From positions 1 through 60,295 of the forward strand of contig CAYWTN010000004.1 of NCBI GenBank assembly GCA_964460975.1: a stretch of 60,295 nucleotides of DNA. The letters are read 5' to 3'. The notes beneath the pieces were generated by a model, which was not told the origin of the DNA, searched no databases, and saw only the letters and a list, made by a program, of their open reading frames with translations. Made by a program: the position numbers and the translations under genes. This document shows, one piece after another, positions 9,157 through 17,687 of this stretch. Source of the stretch: an uncultured Pseudomonadales bacterium. GTDB lineage: Bacteria > Patescibacteriota > Microgenomatia > UBA1400 > UBA1396. The first letter of the stretch is position 1. Every line of letters starts with the position of its first letter.

Positions 9157-9440
9157 GTGCACAATCATTGCAAGACCTGTTGCAAAAGTACCAGATCTCC
9201 CAGAGTGGAAAGTATATTTCCCAGGAGTTTCAGGATTATGCTTATAGACTTGCCATGGCTCTGAATGGCTCCAATGCTGAGGATCGTAAAACTATTAGTA
9301 TGTGTATGCGCCTGGTAAAGACCAAACCGCGAGGGCTACTCGAGAGAGCCGAGTCTTTTGTAAAAGATGCGAATGCCAAGAATAAAGTTGCTCTTTTCCT
9401 CTGGAAGCTCAAACAGCTCGAGGATGAAAAAAAAGCGTAG
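9153..9440 (+). CDS. hypothetical protein (95 aa, helical, basic C-terminus)
   Basis: ORF with a 4-nt overlap to the upstream gene. No recognisable domain. Confidence 0.5.
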   Translation: MSAQSLQDLLQKYQISQSGKYISQEFQDYAYRLAMALNGSNAEDRKTISMCMRLVKTKPRGLLERAESFVKDANAKNKVALFLWKLKQLEDEKKA

Positions 9441-9493
9441 TTTTGCGCTTTATTTGGGTTGTAGACAATGCAAAAAACCTCTAGGATAGAGCA

Positions 9494-10102
9494 ATGCGCA
9501 TTGTTGCTCAATTGTGGCGTTTTGTTTTTTCCTTCTTTGTTATTGTTGGACTTGGTTTCCTTGCTAGCAGCTCGGTTCGGGCGGCAAGCTATACCGTAAC
9601 GATCACTCAGACACAGTTTGTCCCGGGGACCCTTACCGTTGCCGTCGGTGATTCTATTACCTTCATCAACAATACAACCGCCACCCAAAGTGCCAAAACT
9701 TCCGTGGCTTCAGGCTTCAATACTGGTGATATTGGCCCTTCCATGAGCAAACAGGTCACTATCATGAACGAAGGAACATTCACCTACAGCTCTCTCTATA
9801 ACGCAGCACTCACTGGTGTTGTTACCGTGACAGGATCTGGAGCGACCCTCACGACGACCACAACAGAAACAACTACAACTGCCCAGACCGCGGTTGTGTC
9901 TCAGACCCAGGAAATGCCTGTTTCTGGGACAACAGAAAACCTCATTATGCTCTTGGCTGCCGGAGGTGTTTTTGTCTTGGCAGGTGGATATGCTCACTTG
10001 AAGCGTGGGACAGCAGCAAGTGTTGTTGTGAACATGCCTCTGGTATCATCAAATCATGATCAAAAACCTCTCTCCCCTGAAGCTGATCAGTCATCTTCAT
10101 AA
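9494..10102 (+). CDS. secreted cupredoxin-like surface protein with Thr-rich stalk and MPVSG-TM-basic C-terminal signal
   Basis: Signal peptide. Plastocyanin-like beta pattern (YTVTITQTQFVPGTLTVAVGDSITFINN) with no His/Cys copper ligands. T-rich linker, then QEMPVSG, a hydrophobic helix and KRG. Confidence 0.6.
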   Translation: MRIVAQLWRFVFSFFVIVGLGFLASSSVRAASYTVTITQTQFVPGTLTVAVGDSITFINNTTATQSAKTSVASGFNTGDIGPSMSKQVTIMNEGTFTYSSLYNAALTGVVTVTGSGATLTTTTTETTTTAQTAVVSQTQEMPVSGTTENLIMLLAAGGVFVLAGGYAHLKRGTAASVVVNMPLVSSNHDQKPLSPEADQSSS

Positions 10103-10688
10103 ATATCATCCGTTTGTTCGTTGGTCGGCGCTTCTTGCTTTGGTTATCGCTTTTGCTCGCTCTTTTACCCTAGACAAGCCGTTCGATTCACTCTTCGCCA
10201 TAGCAGCTTTCTTCTTGGGATGGGTCATCGCTCATCTTCTTTTTGTTCACGAACATTGGATTCTTGCCAGAATTGAGAAGCTTGTAGATCGTGGACTCGA
10301 AACGCTCCCTCCAGCTCATGGTGTTGATCATCCAACTGCTTTTGAGTCTAGCGGACAAAACGAACAAGAAACGCACAATCCCTCCGCAAAAGTGAAAAAA
10401 AGCGCCTTTAAACAAAGTATTCTCATCCCGCTTTTACCAATCTTGGCTTTCTTCCTCCTCACCTCTACTCGCTCGGCGGCAGGGCTTGGTCTCATTTGGG
10501 GAGTAATGAGTATTTATGCCTACGATATGATCATGTTTCTTCTCGATGGAGAAATTGAGGTCATAGACATCTATTTTGGCGCCTTCACCGACGAACACGC
10601 CACTCTTCGTGCTGCCAGCATAGGCTATCTTATTTTCCTGCTCCTTTTTGCCGTTCTCCTCATAGCCGCAAGAATGATTCAAATCTAA
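10056..10688 (+). CDS. hypothetical integral membrane protein
   Basis: Four or more hydrophobic helices. The ATG start overlaps the previous ORF by 47 nt, so the start is uncertain. Confidence 0.5.
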   Translation: MIKNLSPLKLISHLHKYHPFVRWSALLALVIAFARSFTLDKPFDSLFAIAAFFLGWVIAHLLFVHEHWILARIEKLVDRGLETLPPAHGVDHPTAFESSGQNEQETHNPSAKVKKSAFKQSILIPLLPILAFFLLTSTRSAAGLGLIWGVMSIYAYDMIMFLLDGEIEVIDIYFGAFTDEHATLRAASIGYLIFLLLFAVLLIAARMIQI

Positions 10689-10693
10689 TTTTC

Positions 10694-11515
10694 ATGGGAT
10701 TTTCTCTCTACGGTTTTCTCTTTGGACTGAGCTTTGTCCTTGGACTTTGGAATGTGGAACGCTGGCTTATGCAACAACCACAGCACTCAAAACAGAACCT
10801 CAAGAGAGAAAAACTTGAAGGAATCATTGGGGCGGGCGCCGTGATGATTTTTATTTTCGCCATCATCGGCGCCCGCCTCTACCACTTTGCCACAGACGCC
10901 AGAGGGTTTAACCTTCTTGAGTTCGTGGCAGTTTGGAACGGCGGTCTTGGGTTCTTTGGGGGACTGGTGGGCGGCGGCGTGGGATTACTCGCCTGGCACA
11001 GGCTCTGGCAGCCTCCGTGGAAGCTCCTCACCATCCTCGACCTCGCCGCCGCCGCCCTCCCTTGGTCTCAGGCGCTGGGAAGATTGGGAAATTTTTTTAA
11101 TCAGGAAATCTATGGCCCACCAACCACCCTCCCGTGGGGAATTCCGATTGATGCCCATCTCCGCCCGCTACAGTTTTCTAACCAAACGCATTTTCATCCC
11201 CTGTTTCTTTATGAAACGATTGGCTCCCTTCTTCTTGGAACCGTTCTTTTTTCACTCCTGAAACACGCTAACAAACAAAAACAACACAATACTTTCAAAC
11301 CGGGCAATGGGATCTTTTTGGCAACATACTTAATAGGTTATGGCACAATCCGATTTTTGCTCGAGTTTCTTCGAGTAGAAACAGCTCCAGGGCTACTCGG
11401 GTTGAGCATAGCGCAAATCGTCTCGCTCTTTGCTGTCATTCTTGGTTTGACGTCTCTTTTGTTTGTTTTTTGTTGGAATCGTTCGCTACAATGGTCACAT
11501 GACCGATCCTTTTGA
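10694..11515 (+). CDS. lgt: prolipoprotein diacylglyceryl transferase
   Basis: Lgt signatures GGLGFFGGLVGG, LGRLGNFFNQEIYG and LPWGI. Confidence 0.88.
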   Translation: MGFSLYGFLFGLSFVLGLWNVERWLMQQPQHSKQNLKREKLEGIIGAGAVMIFIFAIIGARLYHFATDARGFNLLEFVAVWNGGLGFFGGLVGGGVGLLAWHRLWQPPWKLLTILDLAAAALPWSQALGRLGNFFNQEIYGPPTTLPWGIPIDAHLRPLQFSNQTHFHPLFLYETIGSLLLGTVLFSLLKHANKQKQHNTFKPGNGIFLATYLIGYGTIRFLLEFLRVETAPGLLGLSIAQIVSLFAVILGLTSLLFVFCWNRSLQWSHDRSF

Positions 11516-12383
11516 TCTTTCTATCTCCCCTTCTGTGGTTGAGCTCACGCTTCAGCCAGGGAAGCTGGTCACACAAACCTATCTCGTGGAAAATGCGGGA
11601 ACAGAGGACCTTCTTGTTACCGCAACACTGCGAGACTTTGTTTCTGATGGCAAAACGGGCACTCCTGTTCTCCAGGAGAGCAGCACTTTCCCTTATGCCC
11701 AGCTGCAAAACGCCGATATTTCACTCGATACTCCATTTCTGCTCCCTGCCAACAGCAGTCAACAACTTATTTTTGCGGTAAAGCCAGAAGACTCTGCAGA
11801 AGAAAAAGATTGGTATCTCAGTCTTCTCTTGCAGACGCAACCCGCAACAGCGCAAACACCGTCGCAAAGTGGCAGCCGTATCACTGGTCAAATTGCCAGT
11901 AATATCCTTGTACGTATTACCAACGACGATCGAATTCCGCTTAGTTGGGAACTCAAACTCCAAGGAGTGCCACGATATATAGACAGTCTGCAATCGATTC
12001 TCATTACACCACAAGTAACCAACTTGAGCCGCACTGCCGCTTCACCAGAAATGACGATTCTCATCCTAGACTGGCGCGGCAATATCATCTGGGAACAAGA
12101 TGCCCTTCCTGAGAGAGTTCTTTCTCAAAGTTCACGAGAAATCTCGGCTGCTGAGCAGAGAAAAGATGATCCACGCTCCTACCAACCAGCTGAATTCCGA
12201 TTCGATCCGCTTTTTGCCATAGGGCCATACACAGTAAGAACTACGATTCGCAATAATGCCGAGGGACCAAAAGTCCTTGAGCAAAGCTTTATTGCCTTTC
12301 CTTTTTCCGTGTTGATGGCAATACTTTTCCTCTGCTTAAGCTATCTCGCTCTCGTTCAGTGGAGAAAGAAAAAGCAACAGTAA
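11499..12383 (+). CDS. hypothetical surface protein, Ig-like/beta-rich with C-terminal TM anchor
   Basis: Start set at an ATG (MTDPFDLSISP). Beta-rich ectodomain and a C-terminal hydrophobic helix followed by WRKKKQQ. Any resemblance to DUF916-type cell-surface proteins is only an impression. Confidence 0.55.
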   Translation: MTDPFDLSISPSVVELTLQPGKLVTQTYLVENAGTEDLLVTATLRDFVSDGKTGTPVLQESSTFPYAQLQNADISLDTPFLLPANSSQQLIFAVKPEDSAEEKDWYLSLLLQTQPATAQTPSQSGSRITGQIASNILVRITNDDRIPLSWELKLQGVPRYIDSLQSILITPQVTNLSRTAASPEMTILILDWRGNIIWEQDALPERVLSQSSREISAAEQRKDDPRSYQPAEFRFDPLFAIGPYTVRTTIRNNAEGPKVLEQSFIAFPFSVLMAILFLCLSYLALVQWRKKKQQ

Positions 12384-12393
12384 GCTCAATAAT

Positions 12394-13278
12394 TTAGGAC
12401 TGCTTAAAGCGCATAAAGAGCGCACCGCCAACAAGAGCTAAACCGGTAAGAGCAACAGCCATCGTCGCAGAGGCAGCACCACTCACAGGCATTGCCTGGG
12501 TTTGAGGAGTATCAACAACGTTTCCACCACCTACACCAGCCGATTCAGCAATGACATTCGTGGTCGTTGTACTTGTAGTGGTCCCTGTCGTCCCTGTGCT
12601 TGTCGTTGTTCCTGTACCAGAAGTACCCGTCGTACCGGTGCCTGTTGTACCCGTAGTAGTTGTCGTTCCACTACCACCATCATTACCACTATTGGGATTA
12701 GAGGCAGGCGTAGGAGAAGGTGATGGGGTAATCGTAGCGACGCTGCCACCAGAGGCCGAAACAACAGCATTCCCAAGAGTCCCGAGAATATCTGAAGCAT
12801 CTGATTTTTTGAGAATCTGGCTCTGAGACTGATCAAAAGAAAGGGCCTTATTGCTAAAAGCCGAAGCAGCTCTAAAAGTAATAGTAGCCAATTCAATGTC
12901 GCCACTTCCAGAATACCCTGTTGGAGAACTGGTAAGACCCATAAGATCAATATTCATTTTTCCACCAGAAATAGCCGCTGATTGAACCGGGAAAGACCAA
13001 CCCAGAGACGCATTTGGGGTAACACTCACCACTTCAAGATCTGGTGAAGTAGGAACGGTATAAGACAGTCGTGCAGCAACTCCAGAAATTGCTTGACCTC
13101 CTGTAGTGAACATAACCTTCATCGAAAAGTTCTGACCCGTTGTAGCGGTAGCTGTTGCTGGGTTGAGCTTAAGTGAAGCAGGACCTCCCTGAACATAGGC
13201 CGAAGATGACTTTACGGAGAAAAAGAAAGCACCGAGGAATAAAAAGGTTATTATGAGGCAGTTTTGTAACATTTTCAT
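12394..13278 (-). CDS. cohesin-like domain surface protein with Thr/Gly stalk and MPVSG-TM-basic C-terminal signal
   Basis: Signal peptide. Cohesin-like beta domain (LKLNPATATATTGQNFSMKVMF ... ISGVAARLSY). A 40-aa T/G low-complexity linker, then TQAMPVSG, a TM helix and RFKQS. Confidence 0.65.
   Translation of the reverse strand: MKMLQNCLIITFLFLGAFFFSVKSSSAYVQGGPASLKLNPATATATTGQNFSMKVMFTTGGQAISGVAARLSYTVPTSPDLEVVSVTPNASLGWSFPVQSAAISGGKMNIDLMGLTSSPTGYSGSGDIELATITFRAASAFSNKALSFDQSQSQILKKSDASDILGTLGNAVVSASGGSVATITPSPSPTPASNPNSGNDGGSGTTTTTGTTGTGTTGTSGTGTTTSTGTTGTTTSTTTTNVIAESAGVGGGNVVDTPQTQAMPVSGAASATMAVALTGLALVGGALFMRFKQS
12559..12678 (-). repeat. low-complexity Thr/Gly-coding tract (stalk/linker)
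   Basis: Encodes GGSGTTTTTGTTGTGTTGTSGTGTTTSTGTTGTTTSTTTT from imperfect ACN/GGN codon repeats. Confidence 0.85.
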
Positions 13279-13285
13279 AGTTTCC

Positions 13286-15076
13286 TTAATTTTGCGTATC
13301 TCCAGGCACTTGCAAAGCGGTGTAGTTCATGAGCAGGGCAGCCACATCGAGGAAGTTAATCTGACCGTCGCCATCCACATCAAAACGGGCATTTAATTCG
13401 GAAACTGGCGTGGTGAGCCCCTTAATCTGAGTCATCATTTGACCAAAATCGACAATGTCAATTCGATTATCACTATTAAAGTCACCTACTTTGAGCGTAT
13501 CAGCAGCAGCCTTACGGGTGTAGGCATTAAGACGCCCACGAACAATACTCTGATTGATAAACTTTCGACGCAAGTGAGAACCATCTTTGAGAGAGATAGT
13601 GTGACCAGCTCCAAGAGCGCCATCTGGGAGAGGATCAGTAATCACTTTGTAAGCATTATCTGTAGCACTCCAAGTTGCGTTTTGATCTTTGAGTTCAGCG
13701 ACACTCGTTGTGCCCTTGAAGACCGACACATCCACTTTACGAGGTCCGCGATCTGAAGCAATCTTTTCGTACAGATAAACAATACTCAAACGAGTCTCTA
13801 ACTTATAAGGCTTAGGAGCACTAAAGGTAGGCGTACCAGCCGCTTGCACCGTAATGTCTCCGTTGGCGGTGATAGGAACTCTAAAGACAATTTCTTCATT
13901 CGTCCAGGAGGTAAAGTTGGCGGCAGGAACCGCAACTGTTCCCATACGAACAACGTTTCTTGTTGGGCCAAAGTTGTATCCTCGAAGAGTTACAACCGTA
14001 TTTTCTGGCCCAGCTCCAGGAGTTACCGTCTCAATGAATGGGGTAAGGTCTAAGGTAAACTTACGAGAAACTGTGTCCGAAATATTTCCTGCTTGATCTC
14101 GGGTCCTCACAAAAAGCGTCTTTGGACCATGAGTGAGAACCATCTCCAATTCTGGACTATTTGACCAAGTATTGGCAGTAATAGCGGTTCCTGCCGCATT
14201 GGGAGCACCCATGGCGTTAGCAACCTGAGCTGCTGTATGTGTGTGATTGGGAGAGACATAGAAGCTGTACTGCAAGTATCCTTCTGGTCGAGCCAAGTCT
14301 GCTGGCCTCTCTGGCATATCTTGAGCAGTAAATGTAAATTTGATTCGACCACTGGCAGTGGAGGCACCTTCAGCTAATCCCTCAGTAATAGAAACAACGG
14401 GTTTTTGTGTGTCTGCAGCAATGCTAAAGGTAATGGGAGCAACTGTTTGCAACACATCTGTGCCAGTCGATAACTCAGTAGCGATTGCTTTTGTTGGATC
14501 ATGTTCTAGGGTAAATGTCCCTGCTCCCACAACATTCGCTCGCATCCAAATCGTAGCTAAAAGAACTTTCCCTGTAGCTGGAGTGGTATAACCAGCAGCG
14601 TTGGCACAGGCAGCACTAAAATCGATGTAAACTTTTCTGTTTCCAGCCATAGTAGGACGAGAAACAAGGTTCACTTGAGGAGTGTCTCCAAAACAAGGAT
14701 TCAATGATTGCAGATCGGATTCAATCTGAACGCCAGCGACAGCCGGATTGGAGTCTAAAACTTCAAAATCAGGATTGGCAGCGCTCCCAGAATCATAAGA
14801 TAAACCAAAAGCCACACCAGAAATGGTTTTTCCGGCAGTATCAAGGTAGACACGTACTGGGAAAGTATCCTTCACATAACGGGTAGTGGCGTCGGTCTCT
14901 AGAGTGAGCTTCACCGAACCACTGGCAGATGAGGCTCGAGAGCGACTTTCGGTGCTCTGCCCGCCGTCAACAAAATAACGAGTGTAAACCAAAAATGTTA
15001 CGCCACCGGTAAAGGCAAGGAACACGAGCGATCCAATGGCGAGCATGAGAGTTTTGGCACGAGAACGACGAAACAT
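13286..15076 (-). CDS. membrane-anchored cohesin-like + IPT/TIG + C-terminal dockerin protein
   Basis: N-terminal signal-anchor (start set at MFRRSRAKT). Cohesin-like domain (VKLTLETDATTRYVKDTFPVRVYLD ... ISGVAFGLSYD). IPT/TIG segment (TVTPGAGPENTVVTLRGYNFG). Two dockerin Ca-binding repeats (GDFNSDNRIDIVDF and DVDGDGQINFLDVAALL). Confidence 0.75.
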   Translation of the reverse strand: MFRRSRAKTLMLAIGSLVFLAFTGGVTFLVYTRYFVDGGQSTESRSRASSASGSVKLTLETDATTRYVKDTFPVRVYLDTAGKTISGVAFGLSYDSGSAANPDFEVLDSNPAVAGVQIESDLQSLNPCFGDTPQVNLVSRPTMAGNRKVYIDFSAACANAAGYTTPATGKVLLATIWMRANVVGAGTFTLEHDPTKAIATELSTGTDVLQTVAPITFSIAADTQKPVVSITEGLAEGASTASGRIKFTFTAQDMPERPADLARPEGYLQYSFYVSPNHTHTAAQVANAMGAPNAAGTAITANTWSNSPELEMVLTHGPKTLFVRTRDQAGNISDTVSRKFTLDLTPFIETVTPGAGPENTVVTLRGYNFGPTRNVVRMGTVAVPAANFTSWTNEEIVFRVPITANGDITVQAAGTPTFSAPKPYKLETRLSIVYLYEKIASDRGPRKVDVSVFKGTTSVAELKDQNATWSATDNAYKVITDPLPDGALGAGHTISLKDGSHLRRKFINQSIVRGRLNAYTRKAAADTLKVGDFNSDNRIDIVDFGQMMTQIKGLTTPVSELNARFDVDGDGQINFLDVAALLMNYTALQVPGDTQN

Positions 15077-15178
15077 ATATACCACCCATCGTATCGTACA
15101 AAAATCGTGTCTGTCAATGATGGTGTTTCCCTTAAAAATAGGCAAATACAACCCGAATCAAGGTGCTATAATTTGCGG

Positions 15179-15499
15179 ATGAAAGCACATCCCGAACATC
15201 GAGGAAACGGGCCCTCTGCCAGAGAACTTTTTCCAGAATCCCTCAGGAGAATTCTTTCTCAAAACTTAGAAACTGGCTTGCCCATCATTTGGTCGGAACA
15301 CCTTACTTTTGGTACTGTTGTTATTGATGAGCTTGTAGGAACCATCCTCGAGAAGTGGTTTGCCCATAACGACTGGAATATAACGGAGCCGATTTCTGAT
15401 GAGTTTCTTCATGCGTTTGAATATGATCTTCAGACATACCTTATTCGTCCTCAACTCGCCAGGTATATGGTTATCTGCAAAAGAATCCTCAAAGGATAA
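15179..15499 (+). CDS. hypothetical protein (106 aa), paralogous to the N-terminal part of the next gene
   Basis: Start set at ATG (MKAHPEH). Shares the pattern LP..W..HL.FG ... L.GT.LE..F...W with the N-terminal part of the ORF at 15506-16270. Confidence 0.5.
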   Translation: MKAHPEHRGNGPSARELFPESLRRILSQNLETGLPIIWSEHLTFGTVVIDELVGTILEKWFAHNDWNITEPISDEFLHAFEYDLQTYLIRPQLARYMVICKRILKG

Positions 15500-15505
15500 G
15501 AACAC

Positions 15506-16270
15506 ATGCAAAAAAGGAAAGAACAAGAACCGTATCTTCTCTCTCCACGAGAGGTGGCAGTGGGCGCGGCGGGCGAGATCCTCGCCCGCCGCGCCCATCA
15601 AGCACTCCTCATTGACCTCAAAAAATTCTTTATTTCTCTCCTCCCCAAATCTCTCCAGGGCGCCTTCGTAGAGCACGTCACTCTCCAACTACCTTACTAT
15701 CCTTGGTCGGTTCACCTCAGGTTTGGTTTTGCGGATGCCAATAATCTCATGGGCACACTCCTGGAAACCTCTTTCCAAAAAGGAGGTTGGATGGCGATAA
15801 CTCTTGAAGACTTCATTCGTTCCACAAAAAGTGACCCCGTTATTCTGGAAGACATTGTTCTTCCGCACCTCGTTGAACATGGTTATATTTTTTACACTCC
15901 TCATCGCGGCCTCATTGGACTCGCTCCCAAAGGAATTGAATCGATCTTGGAGCAGTTTCACCAAAACATTGCCCACGAAAAATCTGCTCTCCACAGAAAA
16001 ACAGATGATCAGATTGCCAAAGTTTCTCTCGATGTTTTGAAACTTTTTTCCCCAAAAATTCACTTCTATCTCCTTCAAGAAAACAGCCCAGACGGACTGA
16101 GAAACCTGCTCTATGAACTTCTTGATTCTTTGCAAGTAGATCATCTTCACGCCGAACATATTGCCCAACCACTTGCAACCTTCACCGATGAAGAGCGTGA
16201 ACGCGTTATAAACTGGATACTAGCGTATATAATCCAAGACTTCCGTCGAGAAATAGAAAAACGCGGCTAG
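15506..16270 (+). CDS. hypothetical protein (254 aa)
   Basis: Long ORF with plausible composition and no recognised domain. Contains a 37-nt perfect GC palindrome near its 5' end. Confidence 0.6.
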   Translation: MQKRKEQEPYLLSPREVAVGAAGEILARRAHQALLIDLKKFFISLLPKSLQGAFVEHVTLQLPYYPWSVHLRFGFADANNLMGTLLETSFQKGGWMAITLEDFIRSTKSDPVILEDIVLPHLVEHGYIFYTPHRGLIGLAPKGIESILEQFHQNIAHEKSALHRKTDDQIAKVSLDVLKLFSPKIHFYLLQENSPDGLRNLLYELLDSLQVDHLHAEHIAQPLATFTDEERERVINWILAYIIQDFRREIEKRG

Positions 16271-16289
16271 TTTTTTGCCTTGATAGAAA

Positions 16290-16325
16290 AAACGCCCCAT
16301 GAAACACGAGGCGTTTAGATTTTTT
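16290..16325. terminator. bidirectional intrinsic terminator between convergent genes
   Basis: AAACGCC (16290-16296) pairs with GGCGTTT (16310-16316). Flanked by an A-run upstream and a T-run downstream. Confidence 0.6.
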
Positions 16326-17001
16326 ACTTTTTTTCTTCTGGGCGGAGAGGATCGTTTTGGATCCCTAGACCGTTGATGCGGAGGATATACTGTCCTGCGT
16401 ATTCGTACTGTTCCCAGTCTGACTGGGAATCTTTGTACGAATATGTCTTCCCTTCATCGTCCTTAAAAAGGACGATGTACTCCTCTGATCTGCCGCGAAC
16501 CCGTTCGCAGCCGATCTCGGTTGCCTGGCAACGGAGGGAAAACTCTCCCCAATAAGGGGAAGGATCGGAGCGGTTCTTTGCGGAGGTTTTCACCTGGCGG
16601 GAGTCAACCCACCGATCGATGTCGTACTTATACCAATCTCTGTAGACTGGCTCGCTACGATAATAGGGATCCCGGACAGTCCGGGTTCTGGTTTCACCAC
16701 CAACTGTATAAGTTTCGGTGCGGGTGTTGTAACCCGCTAAGACCTGCTCATAGTGGTGCACTCGTCTCTCGGAGGAGACATTCCGAGAACCGCTTGGCAA
16801 AATCCAAGAGCCTTCTCGTACTGTACGATACTCTTGAATGTGGATCACGCGGACCCACTCAAGAGAATCTACCATAACTGGGACTTCCGTCTGCCTCAAA
16901 AAGAGGTAGAGGACAATGGAAAAAATCGCCGCTGCAAAAGTGAGCAGCGCAAACCAAATTGAAAGAGCTGGGTTGTTAGTGTAACCCCGTCGGCGCAACA
17001 T
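16324..17001 (-). CDS. hypothetical membrane-anchored protein (225 aa)
   Basis: One N-terminal TM helix, then a charged Arg/Tyr/Glu-rich ectodomain. No recognised domain. Confidence 0.6.
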   Translation of the reverse strand: MLRRRGYTNNPALSIWFALLTFAAAIFSIVLYLFLRQTEVPVMVDSLEWVRVIHIQEYRTVREGSWILPSGSRNVSSERRVHHYEQVLAGYNTRTETYTVGGETRTRTVRDPYYRSEPVYRDWYKYDIDRWVDSRQVKTSAKNRSDPSPYWGEFSLRCQATEIGCERVRGRSEEYIVLFKDDEGKTYSYKDSQSDWEQYEYAGQYILRINGLGIQNDPLRPEEKK

Positions 17002-17120
17002 TATTCACCCCTTTACTGACTATGAGAAAAGAAAAAAGTAAAATTCAGGCGCGATCTTCCTCGCGTTAAGCCAGGAGACCAACTCCCATATTGTAGCAAA
17101 AAACGTCTAAAAAGTAAATA

Positions 17121-17303
17121 CTATGAGTCGTTCAAAGAATCATTACCACGTCTCATCTCTCTGAATTTATAGATTGATACACCTGATACCTCTTCAAAAT
17201 CCTCTTCCATTTTATCCATGAGGTTTTCGTAATGTTTGATCTTTTGATGAAGTCCTCCTATATAAAGAAAAACTATAACAAGTACCGGTATTGCCAAAAA
17301 CAT
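17121..17303 (-). CDS. possible small single-TM protein (60 aa)
   Basis: N-terminal hydrophobic helix and a charged tail, in an AT-rich stretch. The ORF is short. Confidence 0.35.
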   Translation of the reverse strand: MFLAIPVLVIVFLYIGGLHQKIKHYENLMDKMEEDFEEVSGVSIYKFREMRRGNDSLNDS

Positions 17304-17406
17304 AAATCTCTCCTAAAAAAATTTTAACATTTTTCTGATTACTTAACGATAAAAAAAATATGTTCCTACCAGAATCCACCAAGTGTTTATGTTTATATAA
17401 AGCAAA

Positions 17407-17445
17407 GCTCCGCTTGCCGTCGCGAACCTACAGTTCGATCATGGT
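17407..17445. repeat. 39-nt repeat copy A1 (contains a hairpin core)
   Basis: gctccgcttgccgtcgcgaacctacagttcgatcatggt matches copy A2 at 35 of 39 positions. Confidence 0.85.
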
Positions 17446-17457
17446 AAATCATTTATT

Positions 17458-17543
17458 GAGAGAAAATATGATTGTGAGCGAATCATTCTGCAGCCTGGCC
17501 AACGGCCAAGCGAAGCCGTGAGCGAATAAGCATATTTTCTCTT
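17458..17543. repeat. about 85-nt element bounded by 10-13-bp terminal inverted repeats (MITE-like or long RNA hairpin)
   Basis: agaaaatatg (17461-17470) is the exact reverse complement of catattttct (17531-17540), and pairing extends 2-3 bp further out. The interior has the CCTGGCC-AAC-GGCCAAG hairpin and a gtgagcgaat direct repeat. Confidence 0.6.
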
Positions 17544-17561
17544 TGCAGGCCCACTAGGATT
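17543..17561 (-). repeat. partial duplicate of the tRNA-Trp 3' end (19 nt)
   Basis: ttgcaggcccactaggatt is identical to 17685-17703, which covers the T-arm 3' half, acceptor 3' strand, discriminator base and 3 flanking nt of the intact tRNA-Trp. Confidence 0.85.
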
Positions 17562-17580
17562 TACTCTGCACTCGGCTAAC

Positions 17581-17619
17581 GCTCCGCTCGCCGTCGCGAA
17601 CCTACGGTTCGACCCTGGT
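17581..17619. repeat. 39-nt repeat copy A2 (CGAACC-TAC-GGTTCG hairpin)
   Basis: gctccgctcgccgtcgcgaacctacggttcgaccctggt matches A1 at 35 of 39 positions. Confidence 0.85.
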
Positions 17620-17687
17620 GGGTTGTCTAGAAATTTCTCTAGGTGAATTTTGTAACGTCTTCTTGGTATGAACCAACTCTTTTATTG

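Noticed and set aside
12502-12950. Several 70-140-aa ORFs in alternative frames across the Thr/Gly linker region
   Set aside because: They are artefacts of the low-complexity ACN/GGN repeat, which is open in multiple frames. The cohesin-like minus-strand frame has the signal peptide, domain and sorting signal.
17540-17625. Possible second tRNA or intron-containing tRNA next to the tRNA-Trp fragment
   Set aside because: No cloverleaf can be folded. Only the last 19 nt of tRNA-Trp are duplicated, and the GGTTCGAC segment of the 39-nt repeat lacks a pairing T-stem.
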